From positions 12,028,001 through 12,092,000 of the forward strand of contig OU015568.1 in assembly GCA_907165135.1 (NCBI GenBank): a stretch of 64,000 bases of DNA, in the 5' to 3' direction. The stretch is from Oikopleura dioica. Its lineage: Eukaryota > Animalia > Chordata. Below, piece by piece: positions 1 through 13,897 of the stretch. How positions within the stretch are numbered: the stretch's first letter is position 1; each line of letters starts with the position of its first letter. Made by a program: the position numbers and the translations under genes. The notes below the pieces were generated by a model. It had not been told where the DNA came from. It did no database searches and was given only the letters and a program-made list of their open reading frames with translations.

Positions 1-3000
1 TTAAAATCGGCTTTGGTTCATTATGACACTCGAGTAAAACGGGCCGAGTGGTATGGGTAGAGCTGCTTGGCGCTCAACAATTCCTCTCATTGTCTTTCAG
101 CCGCGCTTTTCATTCGCAAAATTTGGCCTGGCTGCCATTGTGGCTCTCTGGCTGACAATTTGAATCAAACTTTCGCTCTCCCTCTCTTTCCATCTCTCGC
201 GCCGGCGGGAAGACCTACTCTTGCCCCCGGCGAGTGGAACCGGCATCTCATTAAAAATCGAAAAGTAACCGGTCAAAACACGCAAGAAGTTTCTGTTTTG
301 CGTCGATAACGCCGGTTTGAAAAGCGAAAGAAAAGAGAAGAAAAGCGGCGAAAGTTTTTTTTTCGCAAATCAGATCGATGTTCATCGATTGCTGAATGTG
401 ATTACAAATTATATGCATCAATATTGCAAGTTTCCAAGCGTTGGATTTAGATTACACCCGGTGCATTTGCGAATGCAAAATATTCTCATACACAAGTTTG
501 TTAATTTCAGGGCAGATGATCAATTTAGCTGAGGATGCATTTTAAATCGGTCGTTAATTTTTAATCAGATTCTAAGCTTGTTAAATAAAGAAAAAAAAAA
601 TCGTAGTATTAAAGAGTGCGAGATTAAAGTTCAAGTCCTCTTGATTCTATTCACACGGGTTCGCTCAATTCTCTTTTATGGTGCTCTCTAAGGAGCTGTT
701 TTGCAAACAGCGTAGTTTTTCAGCTTTTCTCGGGCGTGGATCGAAAAAATCGGGTGGACTCTAAAAAACCCGTTCCTAATCGCTTCTTGGTGCGCTCTTG
801 AATGGCAGCTGGCGGATCGTTGAGTAGTGGGCTCGGTTGACCGTAACTCGGGATCTGAATATTCTTGCTCACTCATCCGTATCGGCATCTATCTCTCTAT
901 CTACTGTCGACTACGCTCTGTACGCTCTGGCGATAAGAGAGCGCAGATTAAACCCATTAATAGACACTCTGCGGGAGATCGGAAGAAAAAGGGGATTTGC
1001 GCAGCGAGCATTTCCGACTTCTGATTGTCGTTTATTTCTATTGTTCTTCCCGAAAAAAAAAAGTTGAGAACGGATAAACCCACCCGGCGCGAAATCATAA
1101 CCAGAACACAACAATCGTAAAACAATTGAGTAACGCTCCAATAATCATTTAGTTGAAAAACATCATGGTTCCTCTCTTTTTGAGTGCAACACCTGAGTTT
1201 TTTGGACAAAGGGACCCCCTTCGAAATTAAAAAAAATTAATTATAGAATTTTCCTGGCAAAGACGCACCTGTTTGCATAAATTTTCTGGTCCATTACATT
1301 CAGTATCAATTACTGTTATTATCTAAGCAGCGACGAAAAAATCTCTCAAAAGCGTCAAATTCGAGCGTAAGTGGCTACCCGTGGATTAACACTGCTATTT
1401 CGAAATTGCAGAAATTGCAATTATCAAAATCCTCATCGTTAAAAATGGGAGGTTCTTCTGGGGAAATCTCTGTGTGTTTTCATTCGAAGGGGTTGCTGTA
1501 GCGCGGTGTGCTCGCTCGGTGAGGCGATTTAGAGGAGTAACTAACATTTTGCGGCGGCATGGCCATCGACCCAGGCACTGAGAATTGATTTACGTCCATC
1601 GTCCCACCGGACATCATTGTGCACTAAAAACTTACTAAAGCTAATTAATTGCAGCCGGCGTGCGCCCAGAGAGTAATTTGCGGCTAGCTCGATGGGCAGG
1701 ACATGCAGGCTAGTCCTGTTAATCATTTCAAGTTCGAAAAATTATCAATTTACGCGAACTCTACTCGAACGCTAATGAATAAGATAGGACGGGTGGACAG
1801 ATTCGATTCCGGTAGGAGAATCGAGTTTGAAAGGAATTCCCTTACTCGGCTAATTTATTTACCCCGCCACACTATGAGTTCAAACTCAAAAGCGGGGCTC
1901 AGACTCATCAGAATAAACAGAATTGACTTTAGCTTAGATTAGCGACTTTAATCCTGATTATTTTCGGCTTATCATCTATTCAAATTTATGTATAAATATA
2001 AGAGACGACAATCCAATAATTAACGCTTGAGGAACCGGGGCATAATTGACTAAAATGTTAATTGGAGCTCTTCACGCGGAAAGTGACGGGGGAAGTGTAA
2101 ACAAGACAGTTTTCCCTCTCGAAAACTATAAAAAATACTACAGTAAACTCAATCCACGGCGAGTTGATATCGCACAGAGGGTCAGTTTTGCTCTAGCAAC
2201 AAAAGCCTCTGTATTGTGCTGATTTGAGCAGACAATAGAGCACAAGCCGTGTGTCTCCATTCAGAACCATTAAGTATATATGGCAGGGGTTTACATAAAT
2301 TCCTCACCGCGGTGAAGCTTGAACGCCTCAAGAAGTCTGCTCAGTTCAATGCAGTGTCCGAGCACCGCACCTGGTCAATTTGGTTGCGCTCGTACGACAT
2401 GCCAGATCAGAACATGGTCTATCAAGGACTCGTCGCTCTTGGAAAAATTGGACTCTCTGATGTAAGTATCCTCAGACACGAAAAAGGGGCGAAAAAGATT
2501 GCAACTCGCCAGGCCCAAATTGAATTAAGAACTTGCTTGTTGCTATCAAAAACTCGCATTGAGAATCTATCCGAAAGAGCTTAAGACCCACCGACAAATT
2601 GGATGAGCCAAGGAAAGGCTATATAAAAACCAAGGGTTTATACTTGAGCCGCTCCGTCTAACAACTCTGAGCATAAAATATTCATCCCTGATTCTAAAGA
2701 GCGTCTGCCACTTCAGAACTGAATTTTAAATATTTCATAGCCAAACAAAAAAAAAGTTGTAAATAGCATCTCTATTTTCCGTATCTCGATCTCTTTTCTT
2801 CGAAAAATGTTGATAGATGAAGATTTGAAAATAAGGAGAAAAAATGATTGATTTGACATTTGTAATTGTCTCGTTTTTTGAATGAAGACTTACTGTCTAT
2901 GTTTTTTTAAGAATTTTATTTTCTGCGAGATTGCTCTTTTTTTTATCTGGCTGGAGGGGCGAACGGGTCGATGCGATCGGGGAGGAGGCGTTTTTCGCCT

Positions 3001-6000
3001 CGGGTGCTGTGTCCAAACTCGAAATCGATTTCGTCCTGTCGGGCGGAATTTGCAGCAGGTTGGGCTCTGCCATTCTCCGCTCAGATCATCTCGGATGATC
3101 CTGTACTCACACCGCGAAGCTGTCGATAACGGTCGCTCGTATCTTCTCAACCCGGATTGTAGAATTTTTTATTACTAACAAAAGATGCTAACAAATTGAT
3201 CTTGTTAAAAAATAAGTGGTTCTAACGGAGAAATTAGGCGAGAACGCGCAAAATTGTAGATTTTTTTTAATTATCCAAGTTTGGATGGAAATTCTTTCGA
3301 TCGTAGAGTTCAAATTAATTAAAAAAAGCTGAACAAACGAGTGTCAACGGTAATAAAGATAACTCAATTATATAACAGCCGTTCTATCTACGACTGACCC
3401 CTGAGTATTCACTCTTACTGAAATCACTGATGAATTATTGAAAAAAAATAGATTCTGAATTAGTCAAGCAATGCTTCTTTAGCCTTGTGGGACCGTCTAA
3501 AATTTATAGCTCTTGAGTATTATTGGCAATTAACCTTTTCCAAGACAGGAGGTTACCAAGGTTCGTTACGAAATTGAAATCTTCCTTGATTCTCCATCTC
3601 TTTCGGATAATTCTCTCAACTTGAGTTTTTGTATTTTCTTGGTTGTTTATATTTCTGATCCCCATGATCTTGCCTCTCTGTCGGAGTAGACCGTGAGACT
3701 AATCAAATATTCAACCTGATTCATTGTTTAGGATCTCTATGGCGCGGAGAAGCTCTTGTCAGGAAGCGGGAATAAACAGGCTCCGAGATAATTTCCGGCT
3801 TCTCAGCGCAAAATCCATTTATTCTAACTTTCTCGCAAGTTATGGGACTCCATCAACCTCTTCCTCATAAAAACAAAGTATACGAGCTAATGGGCGTAAC
3901 AACAGAACCATAAAATCGATTGAGGAAGTCGAGCATTGACTCACCAGAATGTCTATCATACTGAATGTAGAACAGTAGTGAAGACTTCTATAGAAGTCTG
4001 TCAATTTAGGGCCTATTAGGTCGTCAATTCTGAAGAGTCATTGCTTATTGCTTTTATGATTTTGTTATAGCGTAAATTTTTATACCGGATATCGTTAATT
4101 AACATCATTAAATTGGATTGCCGCCCTTGTGGATTATCGTGACCGGAGACACGGAAATTCATTTCATAAGATTACCATCCGCATTTTTCCGGCGTCGCTT
4201 GAATTTATGGAAAGATGGGAGAGTGCCACCCACGCACACCGAGCGTGTACCGGGCGGTCAAGGTTAATCCCGTCCATCAGTTCTACGCGAAGAAGTAGCC
4301 GCGCTGCCGGCGTACTCCACGATGGAATCTCCTTCAAAACGAGCTAGCCACCTCGGGGATCACATGTTCGTCTAATTACCTTACTACACGAAATAATAAA
4401 AAATGAAATAATAGAATAGGCAACAAATGAATAAAATAGCGAGCTTGTGGGTTAGAATGGATTTGGAAAATTCTGAAGATGACAAATCATTTGGATCAGC
4501 AGCAAAATCAGCTGCGGAAATCAAGCTTGGTTTCAACGAGAACAGTTTCTATGGAGAATCTTTGAATTAAAAGCCGCACGCGGCTTCTCTTTGAAAGAAA
4601 ACCGCTATTCCTTCGATTCTCCATAGAAATTTCTTCGTGAAACCAACGAAAAGCGAATCTTGGACGCAGCCGTTTCTCCTACCGCTCGGCGATAGACAAC
4701 TGTTTGATGATAATAATTCTCCATTTTCGATTATTTTTTCGTTTTCTGGTAAGTTTCTTTTTGAGTTTTTCTCTTTTGTACCTTTGTTTGAGAGACTTGT
4801 TAGTGTCTCTGAGCGCGTTTTCTGGGATCCGGGATGGATTGGTTTAATGCTTTCTTATCGCTTTCTTTCGGCGGTGATAAGGCAGTTTTCTTCCCACGAT
4901 CGAAGCTCCTGGAAAAGCTCGACGAGCTCGGAGTGGAGGGAAAAACGCCTAGCGCAATTTTGAAAGACGATATTATTAGTCACCTACGCTGGGCCCAGCG
5001 CACCCAGCGGCCAGGAACACCGACACTGTGACTCAGACTGCGCAAATACCATGAAGTTTTACTCTTTTGGGAGAAAGCCTCTGGCCCCCTTCCCCGTATC
5101 CCGCGCAAATCAGTGTCGGGGAAGTCTAGAAAATTTCTTTAACGCTTCCTTGGCGGTTTAAAAGAATCTCGAGATTCTGAAGAACAGAATCTGGAAAGTC
5201 CGAGCCAATAACAATGGTTTGCGCGGCTTCTCCCCCAAATTAGGCGCGCCCAGAATGAGCTACTGAAAAAGTCAGTGCATTTTTCAGTAGCTCAGATTCT
5301 CGATCTCCCTTTAGAGCTCAACTCCATGGTAGAATAGTAGAATACTACAGAATCCAACCATTTCTTTCTACTACAGCGTTTTTACAAGTCCTTAGCAGGT
5401 GTAAACTTTCACGGAAGTTATTGCATATTTTGAGTTTAGGGGTCATAATGAGTCTTTTCATGAACGTAGGAGTTCAAGTTCGTACTAGCAGTTGTTATTA
5501 AAAATCGTCTATACAATAAGCCGATAATTGGCAATTTGTACTAATATTTCGTCGTTTGTGGTAATAAAAATCTTATAAAAGGGTTTACCTTCAAGCATAA
5601 TTAGCTTCCCGAAACGATTTGTAGTCGTTCCTTATCTGTAATTGCCATGTTTCTAGCAAAAGGCGTCAGTTTTCTTGTCTGATTGATGGGGCTGCTGAAT
5701 TTTGACGAGCTAGTGGTAAATCTTTTTGGCGCTCAATAATTCAAGCAGATTCTGGTTTCTTTTGAGAAGCTAAGGAGCGAATTCTGCTTAGAATCTTTCA
5801 TCATTGATTCACAATTAAAAATTAATTAGTTTTCTATTACTCATTTCTCGCCAGAAAATTTATACGGCCATAAAGAAATAAAAAAGTGAATGGATAAATT
5901 GTAGCTGCTATAAATAGTAGTTATTACAAGAACATGTCTCTTGGACCGTTAGATTTTTAGTTTGCGGCTTTTCACTACATTTTTGTGGTGACTTGAAAAT

Positions 6001-7289
6001 GTATCGAGTGCGCTACTTGTCGAAACGCCACCGTTACCAACTTTATCATTGTTTTTAGGATCATTAATTACATAAAAAAGTTGAAGGTCAAATTCCTTTC
6101 AGAAGTTTTTATTGTTCCATTTTGATGAAACATATTGTTCGAACAGCATTAACCGTTTTGCGTTTTATAAGACTGTGTGATGGACACAAATACGACTAGA
6201 CCATATTGACAATTGCGTACGTAGAACATTTTCTAGTTTTAATATAAGCAAGGCAATTATTTTGAATGAGTCGCTGTCAACAGTGACAGCCTGTCATCAG
6301 GGGTCAATATGTCCACCGTGCATATTTCTTTTTCAAAACGCTGCAAAAATTCATTTTAGGCCCATTGGCTCTTTACCTGTCATAATATCGAGCCTTTCTT
6401 TTCAATATTCTCTTTCGAGCAAAATGAAATTTCGAAATTTTAAATCCTCAAAAAACGCAATTGATTCTTGCTTGTCAACGTATAAGACTAACGGTTATGT
6501 TTAGAAGCCCTCCGGCTGGGCCACTCCTCTACCGCATCCTCCAACAAGTCAAAGTCACGTCATAAATTTTCTTTACCTGTAGTCTACTTTTTCTTTCTTC
6601 GTTTTCCAATTTTATTCCTTGATTGCAAGTGTCCTAATCCACAATGACATGTCGTCGTTGTCCCGACAAACCCGCCAAAGAGGTTATAAATGATTATAGA
6701 ACTCTACTGCCCTCGAGTTATTCTTAGAATAATGAGCGGAAAATTTTTCAGAGACACGCATGGTGTCATAGGAAAATACCCCGTTCCGACATAGTCATTT
6801 TAGAAATGCACATCAGCAGATTCCCGTATTCATCAAAAGCTTATACTACTAAGATAAGTCATCGTGGTAAATGTTATGTTTTGATATATTTGATAAATTT
6901 CAAGATCAACCTGTTTCACGATTTGTAACCTGTATCAATAAACACCGAATAAAGAACGAGTAAAAGATGACCAGCTAAAAAAAAGAGCGATTGAAATCAT
7001 AGAGGAGAATCTTCTTCAAACATTTTCTCTCTAATTGCCAATTACTCAATGCGGATCATCTTTTAGGTTTAAGTTTCTGCATTTGTTTTTTATTTATTTA
7101 TTTTTAGTGTGTAACAAGTAAGGCTGGAAGCAATTTAAAACGCCAGGAGCTTTTGAGTTTTAACTGGGCTGAGCGGTACTTGCAATTTAAATTTGGAAGA
7201 GCGAAGTCTTTGGTAAAAAAGTCGAATTGGTGTCTAACTAGAATTGAAACAGGCTATTATCAGTTTTAGTTCGCTTCTTGCTTATCATC

Positions 7290-7964
7290 TTAGGCGCTTT
7301 TCTGGGTGTGCTTGCCGATGCCCCAGCAGGTGACGATGGAGACGATCAAGATTCCCATGGCGAGGAAGGCACCTTTGATTCCGTCCGCGCGAAGGGAGTA
7401 GCAGCCGATCTTGTCATCTCCTTTCTTGTACTGAAAGCGGTTAGACAGGCAGGGAAAGAAGCAGATACCTGGGCAAGAAGAGAGGGGCATGTGCATTTGT
7501 TCGGTGCGACACAAAGACCCTTGCCGCAAAGCTTTTCATCGCAAATTGGTTCATCGCACTTCTCTCCTTTCCACCCTGAATTCACGCTAGAATTTGAAGT
7601 ACTTTGATGTCTTACCTTCGGCACAGGCCTTTTCCGGGCAATTTCCAGTCGCTTCATCGCAAATAACATCATTAGCACAATTTCCACTGAGAAGAAAAAT
7701 TTGAAAATTTTATGAAATGCTTTTTGATTACCAGAGTTGAAAGCAGTTTGGCGCTCCCCAGTAATTGTATTCTCCAACAGTTCGATCTTCAACAGCGCAG
7801 ACGTCAGCTTGTAAAGGGATAGAAATGGAATAAAATTGTCTCTAGAAACATCTCCAATGAAAACTCCTCGAATGCGGCTTAGAATCGCGAAAATGTATCC
7901 CCTTTCCTGAAACGGATCCCAAGAAGAGGACAGCTGCGGTGATCATCTTTACAAATTTGGCCAT
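7290..7964 (-). CDS. Small single-pass membrane protein with EGF-like domain (multi-exon)
   Basis: ATG at 7964 gives signal-peptide-like MAKFVKMITAAVLFLGSVSG. Later exons give SGWKGEKCDEPICDEKLCGKGLCVAPNKCTCP (EGF-like). A 38-nt GT-AG intron joins SLLAQ to YKKGDDKIGCYSLRADGIKGAFLAMGILIVSIVTCWGI (TM) and a short tail. Confidence 0.65.
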
Positions 7965-8274
7965 TCTAAAAGATAGTCTCTAAAAATTATCTTCTGAATG
8001 TTGATATCACGATTTTTTTTTAATAATAAATTTGTTCATGAACTCACCTGAAAGCAAAAATCCCTGAGAGTGTGAAGAAGAAACTGGACGATTTAAAATA
8101 CTTCTCTAACTGTTACAGTAGCCTAAAAAGTTATGAAATCCTAATCAAGTGTGCGAGTCCTTCATCGGCCAATAGCGGATCTTTTGTACAGGCAATCAAA
8201 ATTTGCACGAGATCAGACAGCCAATCCGCGGCGAATCGACAGCCGGTCGATATTCCGTAAGGGGATTAAAACTT

Positions 8275-11094
8275 TCACAAAGAACAAACTCTGTTTTTAC
8301 CTGGGAGGTTCTTTTGCTTTTTCCGGGACGGGATTTCTCGACAGAATGAAGAAAATGAGAGGCAAATTTTTCTTGCCCCTTCGTTTCTAGAAAGATCTTG
8401 TTGTTGAAATATCGTTTCCGAGAATTTCAGAAATGTTTCATTTCCAAAATTTATTCGTGAAATTATGCGAGACGGTAATTTAGAATTCTCTTGAACGTTT
8501 ATTAAAATAGAGGTCTTTATACAACAGTTTTGAAGGGCGGGTGCGCCAAGATTGAAGTCGGACGTCTCACTGTTTAGGTAACTTGGCCGGTGCCGTTTGC
8601 AGGGCGCTTTGGGAGGTGCTGGAGCGGGTGAAAATGCGGAGGAGTTCCGCCCTGGCTCGTTTAGAAAATGAAATTTGTCGCGTCGTCCCTGTTTTCTTTT
8701 TCTTGACAACCTTCTGGCCTGTTGGAAGATTTGAAGGCTTGGTTGGAAGGGATTCTAAAGAATTTAGAGGAATTCACGCCTGAATGACTTACTGTTTATG
8801 TGTTCCAAGGAAATCGACTTCTCGGACATTGCCAGGAGATTGCCAGGAGATTGTTGAACTGTTTGCCGGTGCATTTGCTCAGGAGTCGGCCGCTGAAGAA
8901 GTGTTATTGAGCGAAAGAATTGAAGGAAAAGCTCACTTTTTCGTTCTTAGTTTAGCAGGTTTCGGGAGAGTCGATGTCGGCGTTGAAATCGGAGTAAGCG
9001 TGCTTGCTGAAATCGACGGTCTATCCGAGCTTGAGGAGGATGCTTTCTGAGGCGTTTTGATTGGTGATTTCTCGGGAACAGACTCCAGCTTTCCGATCAA
9101 GACAGGGCCCGATCCGAGCGTTCTCTTTGGTGAAACGAGTTTTGGACCTAGCATAGAGATCTTCTTGCGCATTTCTGTCTTTGTCTCCATTTGCTCTTCG
9201 TTTGCGCATTCTGTTATCGTCGGAGAATACAGAAACTGACGACTAGTCGGCTCATAATGACTTCCAGCCATTGACGCGGGAATGACGGAGGCGCGAATGG
9301 ACTCTTCATCGCCAAGATATGTTCGGCAAAAGTCAGCTTCTACACTTGGCACTTCAGAGGTCGCACTCTCAGCGTAAATCATCGAGGACGTCACATTTTG
9401 TTTACTTGTTGGTGAACTCTGACGCGAATCCAGCTGACTACCTTGCTTCACTGAAGAGTAAACATTACTGTATGAGCTCAAACAAGACGGAAGAGGTACT
9501 TCAAAGTGTTGACGTTCAAACATGCGGTTTTTCACTTACTGATTTCAACTAGCTCATCGTCAAGATCATCCCCATCCGATTCCACTTGCTTTGGACTGAC
9601 ACTGCGCATCGACTTTTGAATTGCAACGGCTGCTGTTTGAGTTTGTTCTTCCGTTTGTGTGATTTGGTTGACGTAAATCCGGCTTGTCAGAAGAAGCAAT
9701 TCCGCTTTTAGATGTGCTACCGATTCGGCCATCGATAAATAACCTGAAAGTAAAATTTCAAGCCGCGTCATTTTGTTGAAACTCTGAGTTTCTATCTCAA
9801 TCCCAAAATTAAGGCCTTAGTTTACCTATAATGACAGGCTGGTTATTATCCTGCGCCATTTCACGTGGCGTTTTTCCAGCGTGGTTTTTCGTCTGAAACT
9901 TCACGTCGGACGAGATAAGAACCTGCAGGCATCTGAATAAAGACTGAATCTGTGGACGAGCTGGATTTTAAAATATTTATCCGTCTTCCGATCGGAAGCA
10001 GCGTTCCGCTTCTAATTGACGTAAATAAATCAACCGGATTTGAGTTTTATTCGCTGCGATGTCCGTTTTCAGGAAGTTTTACCTGATTGAACCATTCGCC
10101 GTCGCGATGTGAACCAGCGAGTTTCCTGAGTCATCAGTAAAATCTTAATTCTTGTAAACTTTTTGTTGAAAGAATTGGATGGTACCTAGCGACAGTCCTC
10201 GACGACTGTATTCAGAGCAAAGCCACAAGCAGATTTCTCGTTGATCGTTTATTGTTGAAATCTTTCATTGACGTTCGTAAGAGTTTTGAGGGAAATTCAA
10301 GTTACCTGTAGTAAATTAGGCTTGGTATCGTTAAGAAGTCTGTCTGAAAAATTCAGAAGCATCCATTGAAGTACCCTGTTGTTTATGGTCGCCTAGTTGT
10401 CATTCCTTGGAACACGGGGGAAACACGCTAATTTGTTTGACCTGCTTGACCAGTTCACGTTAAGTCTGACCTGTGTACAATTTTCAAAATTAAAGAGCAT
10501 GTTTGTTAGACCTTTCGAGACTCTTTGAGGAATACGATAGTAACTTGTCTAAGAATGAGATAAACTGACAGCTGGAATTGGTCTTACTCAAAGAATTCAG
10601 AACTATTGACAGAGGGTCTGATCTGAGCGGATATTGACATTATCCGATAACAAAAACGACGTTATTTTGGCGTTCCAATGACGGATACGATCCTCGCATC
10701 TTTTTGGGCAAATATATATTTGACATTGTCAATCCTTAGTTGTGTTCTTATGAGACTGAAAGTACCGTTTCAGATTTACGGAAGTAAATTACATTATGTG
10801 ATTACGAATTCCAAAAAAAAACTGTAACTACAAATATGCAACCACTTCCCTCAGCTTTCCATGTTTGCAGGCGAGTCCAACGGCCGTCAAACCTTCAGGA
10901 TTGGTGACTTTGAAAAGCTCGGGGCAAATAAATTTGAGTTTCTCGACTATCCGCACGTGCCCGCACAAAGCGGCAACGTGTAAAACGGAATTTCCATCTG
11001 CATCGCGGATTTCCTCTAAATCGGCCTTTTCGTAACTCAGGAGGGCTTCTGTCTGCCCGACCTTGATGCTGTCGAACAAGGCGATAACGTGCAT
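8275..11094 (-). CDS. SNCAIP: Synphilin-1-like ankyrin-repeat/coiled-coil protein (multi-exon; 3' end approximate)
   Basis: Exons read DADGNSVLHVAALCGHVRIVEKL..NPEGLTAVGLACKHG, DQREICLWLCSEYSRRGLSL, DDSGNSLVHIATANG, CLQVLISSDVKFQTKNHAGKTPREMA and GYLSMAESVAHLKAEL. These follow, in order, the synphilin-1 ankyrin-plus-coiled-coil core as I recall it, then an S/P-rich tail. No database search was run. Confidence 0.6.
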
Positions 11095-11239
11095 GTCCAG
11101 GGACCTAAATGGGTAGTTGTCATTTACTGATGTGTGTTGGAAGTTGAGAGGAAAGACTTCCAATAATCTAAATAATCAAATATTTATAAATATATTGATA
11201 TTGCTGCTCAACTCAGAGTAAACTCCAATTCGCCACAAG

Positions 11240-13125
11240 TTTTGAAATAGAAACGATGCCAGAATCTTAAAAAAAGGAGCAGCAAAGTCGGCTTTCTCTT
11301 GGAGCCGCATCGCGGCTAAAACTCCCTGAGAAGGAAATTTCTAGCAAAAAAACCTGAAAACGTACCCGGTGAATAAAAATTCTCTTTTTAACAATAACGG
11401 TGAATTCTCTTACATGTTCGACATAGATCTCAGATTTGAATTTGACTGAACTTTGGCAAATACAATGTCCCCAGTGCTCAACTCCCTTTGTCTCTTTTCA
11501 CTGGTCATGGTCGGATTATGCGGATAATAATTATTTCGTAAATTATTTAGGCATTCTCTTTTTTTACAACTAGCGTCGTAGTTTCTATGTTTGCAAAAAA
11601 TTGTCGATCAATCCTAATGCAACGGTGATCTTCGGCAACTATGGAAACGGCATAAGTGATTTTGCCAGCCACATTATCAGAAATTAAATGACAATCGGGT
11701 CGTTTCTGATCTTTTTGAAGATCTTCGGTGGCATCGAGTTTACGATTGAAGATTAATCCCTGACCGGAAATGTTAATAGCATCGATTTACAGGGTATTCA
11801 ATATTTGTTCTTTGAAAATTTCCAAAAATTCCTCACTAGAAATCATAGAAGTGGTTCAAGGAGCTTTGTTTCTTCATAAAGCATATTTCTACCGTCTTCA
11901 CGGCAGCATAATACTTACAGTACTCCACTCTTCAAGTCATTCAAATAAATCTGCAAAAAAATGTCAATTCAGCTTTCCAGCAGCTTATCATTCTTGACAG
12001 AAATCTTCTGTTCATAGACATGAGAAATTATCGCCAACTAGACACTCGAAAATGCTCCATAAAATCATAAATTCTCCCACTAATTCAATATTGACTCCCT
12101 AACTTAGTCACATTAAAACGCAGTGATTCTCTTCTGTAGCTGTCACACTAGTAGTGTGTTTATCCATGATACTTCCGCGGCGGAAGTTCTACTGACCAGT
12201 TCCTTATCAATGCGACTTAGTCCAAAGTCGACGGATCTCGATCGCCTCTCTATTCCATTATTCTTTCTCTTGGAAAAGGACTCGTTCGTGCCCGAAATTT
12301 GAAATATACGCGCGTGCCCAAATGCTCGTGTTTGCGCAGGATAAAAGGCAAGCGAAATTCTTCTTGGAACTCGAGTGTCGAGCAACGTGTTCTGTGGGGC
12401 TTAATTGACCTTTTCAAGGTCAGCAAGCTTGACCAACAAAAAAGGAGCAATGCGAAAAAAAACGCGCAATGAATGGATTGCTAAGCTGGAAATTAGCGGC
12501 GCGATCAAAAGCTGCTTTCTCTTTAGCTTTTTGCTCCCAAGACTCGTCATGGAAAAGTGAAAAATTTGTTATCGATGGGTCTGAAGAAACAGTGCTCAGA
12601 AAACAATGAGCATGGATTGAGGGGAAACTTGAACTTGTGCAGTTTTCTGAGAGATAAGCGAATATGCTCTGTTTTTCTCCAAAAAATTTTTCATCAGGGC
12701 TTTTAGCAAAACTCAAAATCTCAACTTGAAGTTTCTTTTCCATTCCTTTGTGTCAGAATTAAGGCCTTGTAGTTTCTGTAAAATCGAGCCACTCGCCTTT
12801 GGTGTCCCCAAACTTTGTCGGAGAATCGGCAATGAATTCTCTCTTTTGGGCATCGTTTAAAAAGACTGTCTCAGTAGTGTCTAACTTGAGTTGGATCACT
12901 GTAGGTGTAAGGCGGTTTTTCTTTTGGATGGAAAATCTCCAGATTCAATGAGGATAAGCGCCTTTCAAAAGAGCACTTGCCACGATTCACAATTATCAAA
13001 CAACAATGTATTCCAGTATACAAAAGAAGCCAGACAAAAATCACAGGCCAAGAATTAAAAGTTCCAAAACGCACACCTTGTGTAAAGAACTTACTTCCTA
13101 CCCAAACTAAATCGTCTGAATACAA
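11240..13125 (-). CDS. Possible C2-domain (synaptotagmin-like) protein; exon structure unresolved, apparent frameshifts
   Basis: Hydrophobic N-terminal segment WPVIFVWLLLYTGIHCCLII, then IKPHRTRCSTLEFQEEFRLPF..VYFKFRARTSPFPRERIM resembling a C2 core, and GKITYAVSIV resembling the start of a second C2. The frames do not join cleanly. Confidence 0.35.
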
Positions 13126-13355
13126 TTTAAATCTTTTACAAATTGAAATACTGTCCGTTTTGTGTGCCGTGGATATTGGTAATCATTCGCCTCACGTTAC
13201 GAGAAAACGCGGTACTTGGATATTCTTACTCCGGCGGTGGTTCACGTGAGCGCGTGGTCGGTCGCGCACTAGCGGTGGCGCTGTAACACTCTCATAAAAA
13301 CGCAACGTGAAGCTACGTGTTCATCACATTTTGCAAAAAAAGATAAAGAGAAAAT

Positions 13356-13897
13356 ATGAAATTTTCAGCTTTACTTTTCGGCCTTTCCTCTGGCCTTCCC
13401 ATCTACAACTACGTCCTCGCCAAGCACCTCGCCAAGAACTACAATGCTCCTTCTTTGAATATGCCAACACTCAACCTCAATCCACTCACTCCAGCCCACA
13501 AGGACTTTGCCAGCCAAGTTATCATCCCTGGAATGATTGCTGATCAGGTGAGTTTACCAGTTATTTTTGTTTTTTCCACGCTTGAATCTGCGATCTTTTA
13601 CCTAATTTTTACCATTGCCCTTTTTAGACCGAAGGTTCCCAAAAGTCCAAGATGAACTGGTACTTCTGGATGAAGCAAAACGCTGCAACCGACCTCACAA
13701 ACCTCGGCAACCTCGCCTTGATCCCAATGATGCAGGGAGAAATCCGAGCCGCCCCTAAGGCTGAAGAATACGTCTACGTCCCCGCCGCAAAGGACCAAAA
13801 CTCCATCCTCGGCACCGGCGGCCAAGACGCGTTCTGGAATGGTCAAGGCTTCGAAGATGTTTGGTACCCAAGAGGAGATGTCAAATCCAACTGGTAA
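13356..13897 (+). CDS. Small secreted orphan protein, 2 exons (13356-13547, 13628-13897)
   Basis: Signal-peptide-like MKFSALLFGLSSG, GT-AG intron in phase 0 joining ADQ to TEGSQKSKMNWYFW, C-ending codon bias, AATAAA downstream near 14012. Confidence 0.75.

Noticed and set aside
67-5031. Numerous 60-110 aa ORFs in the ORF track
   Set aside because: No recognisable domains, coding bias or consistent splice structure; these are expected by chance.
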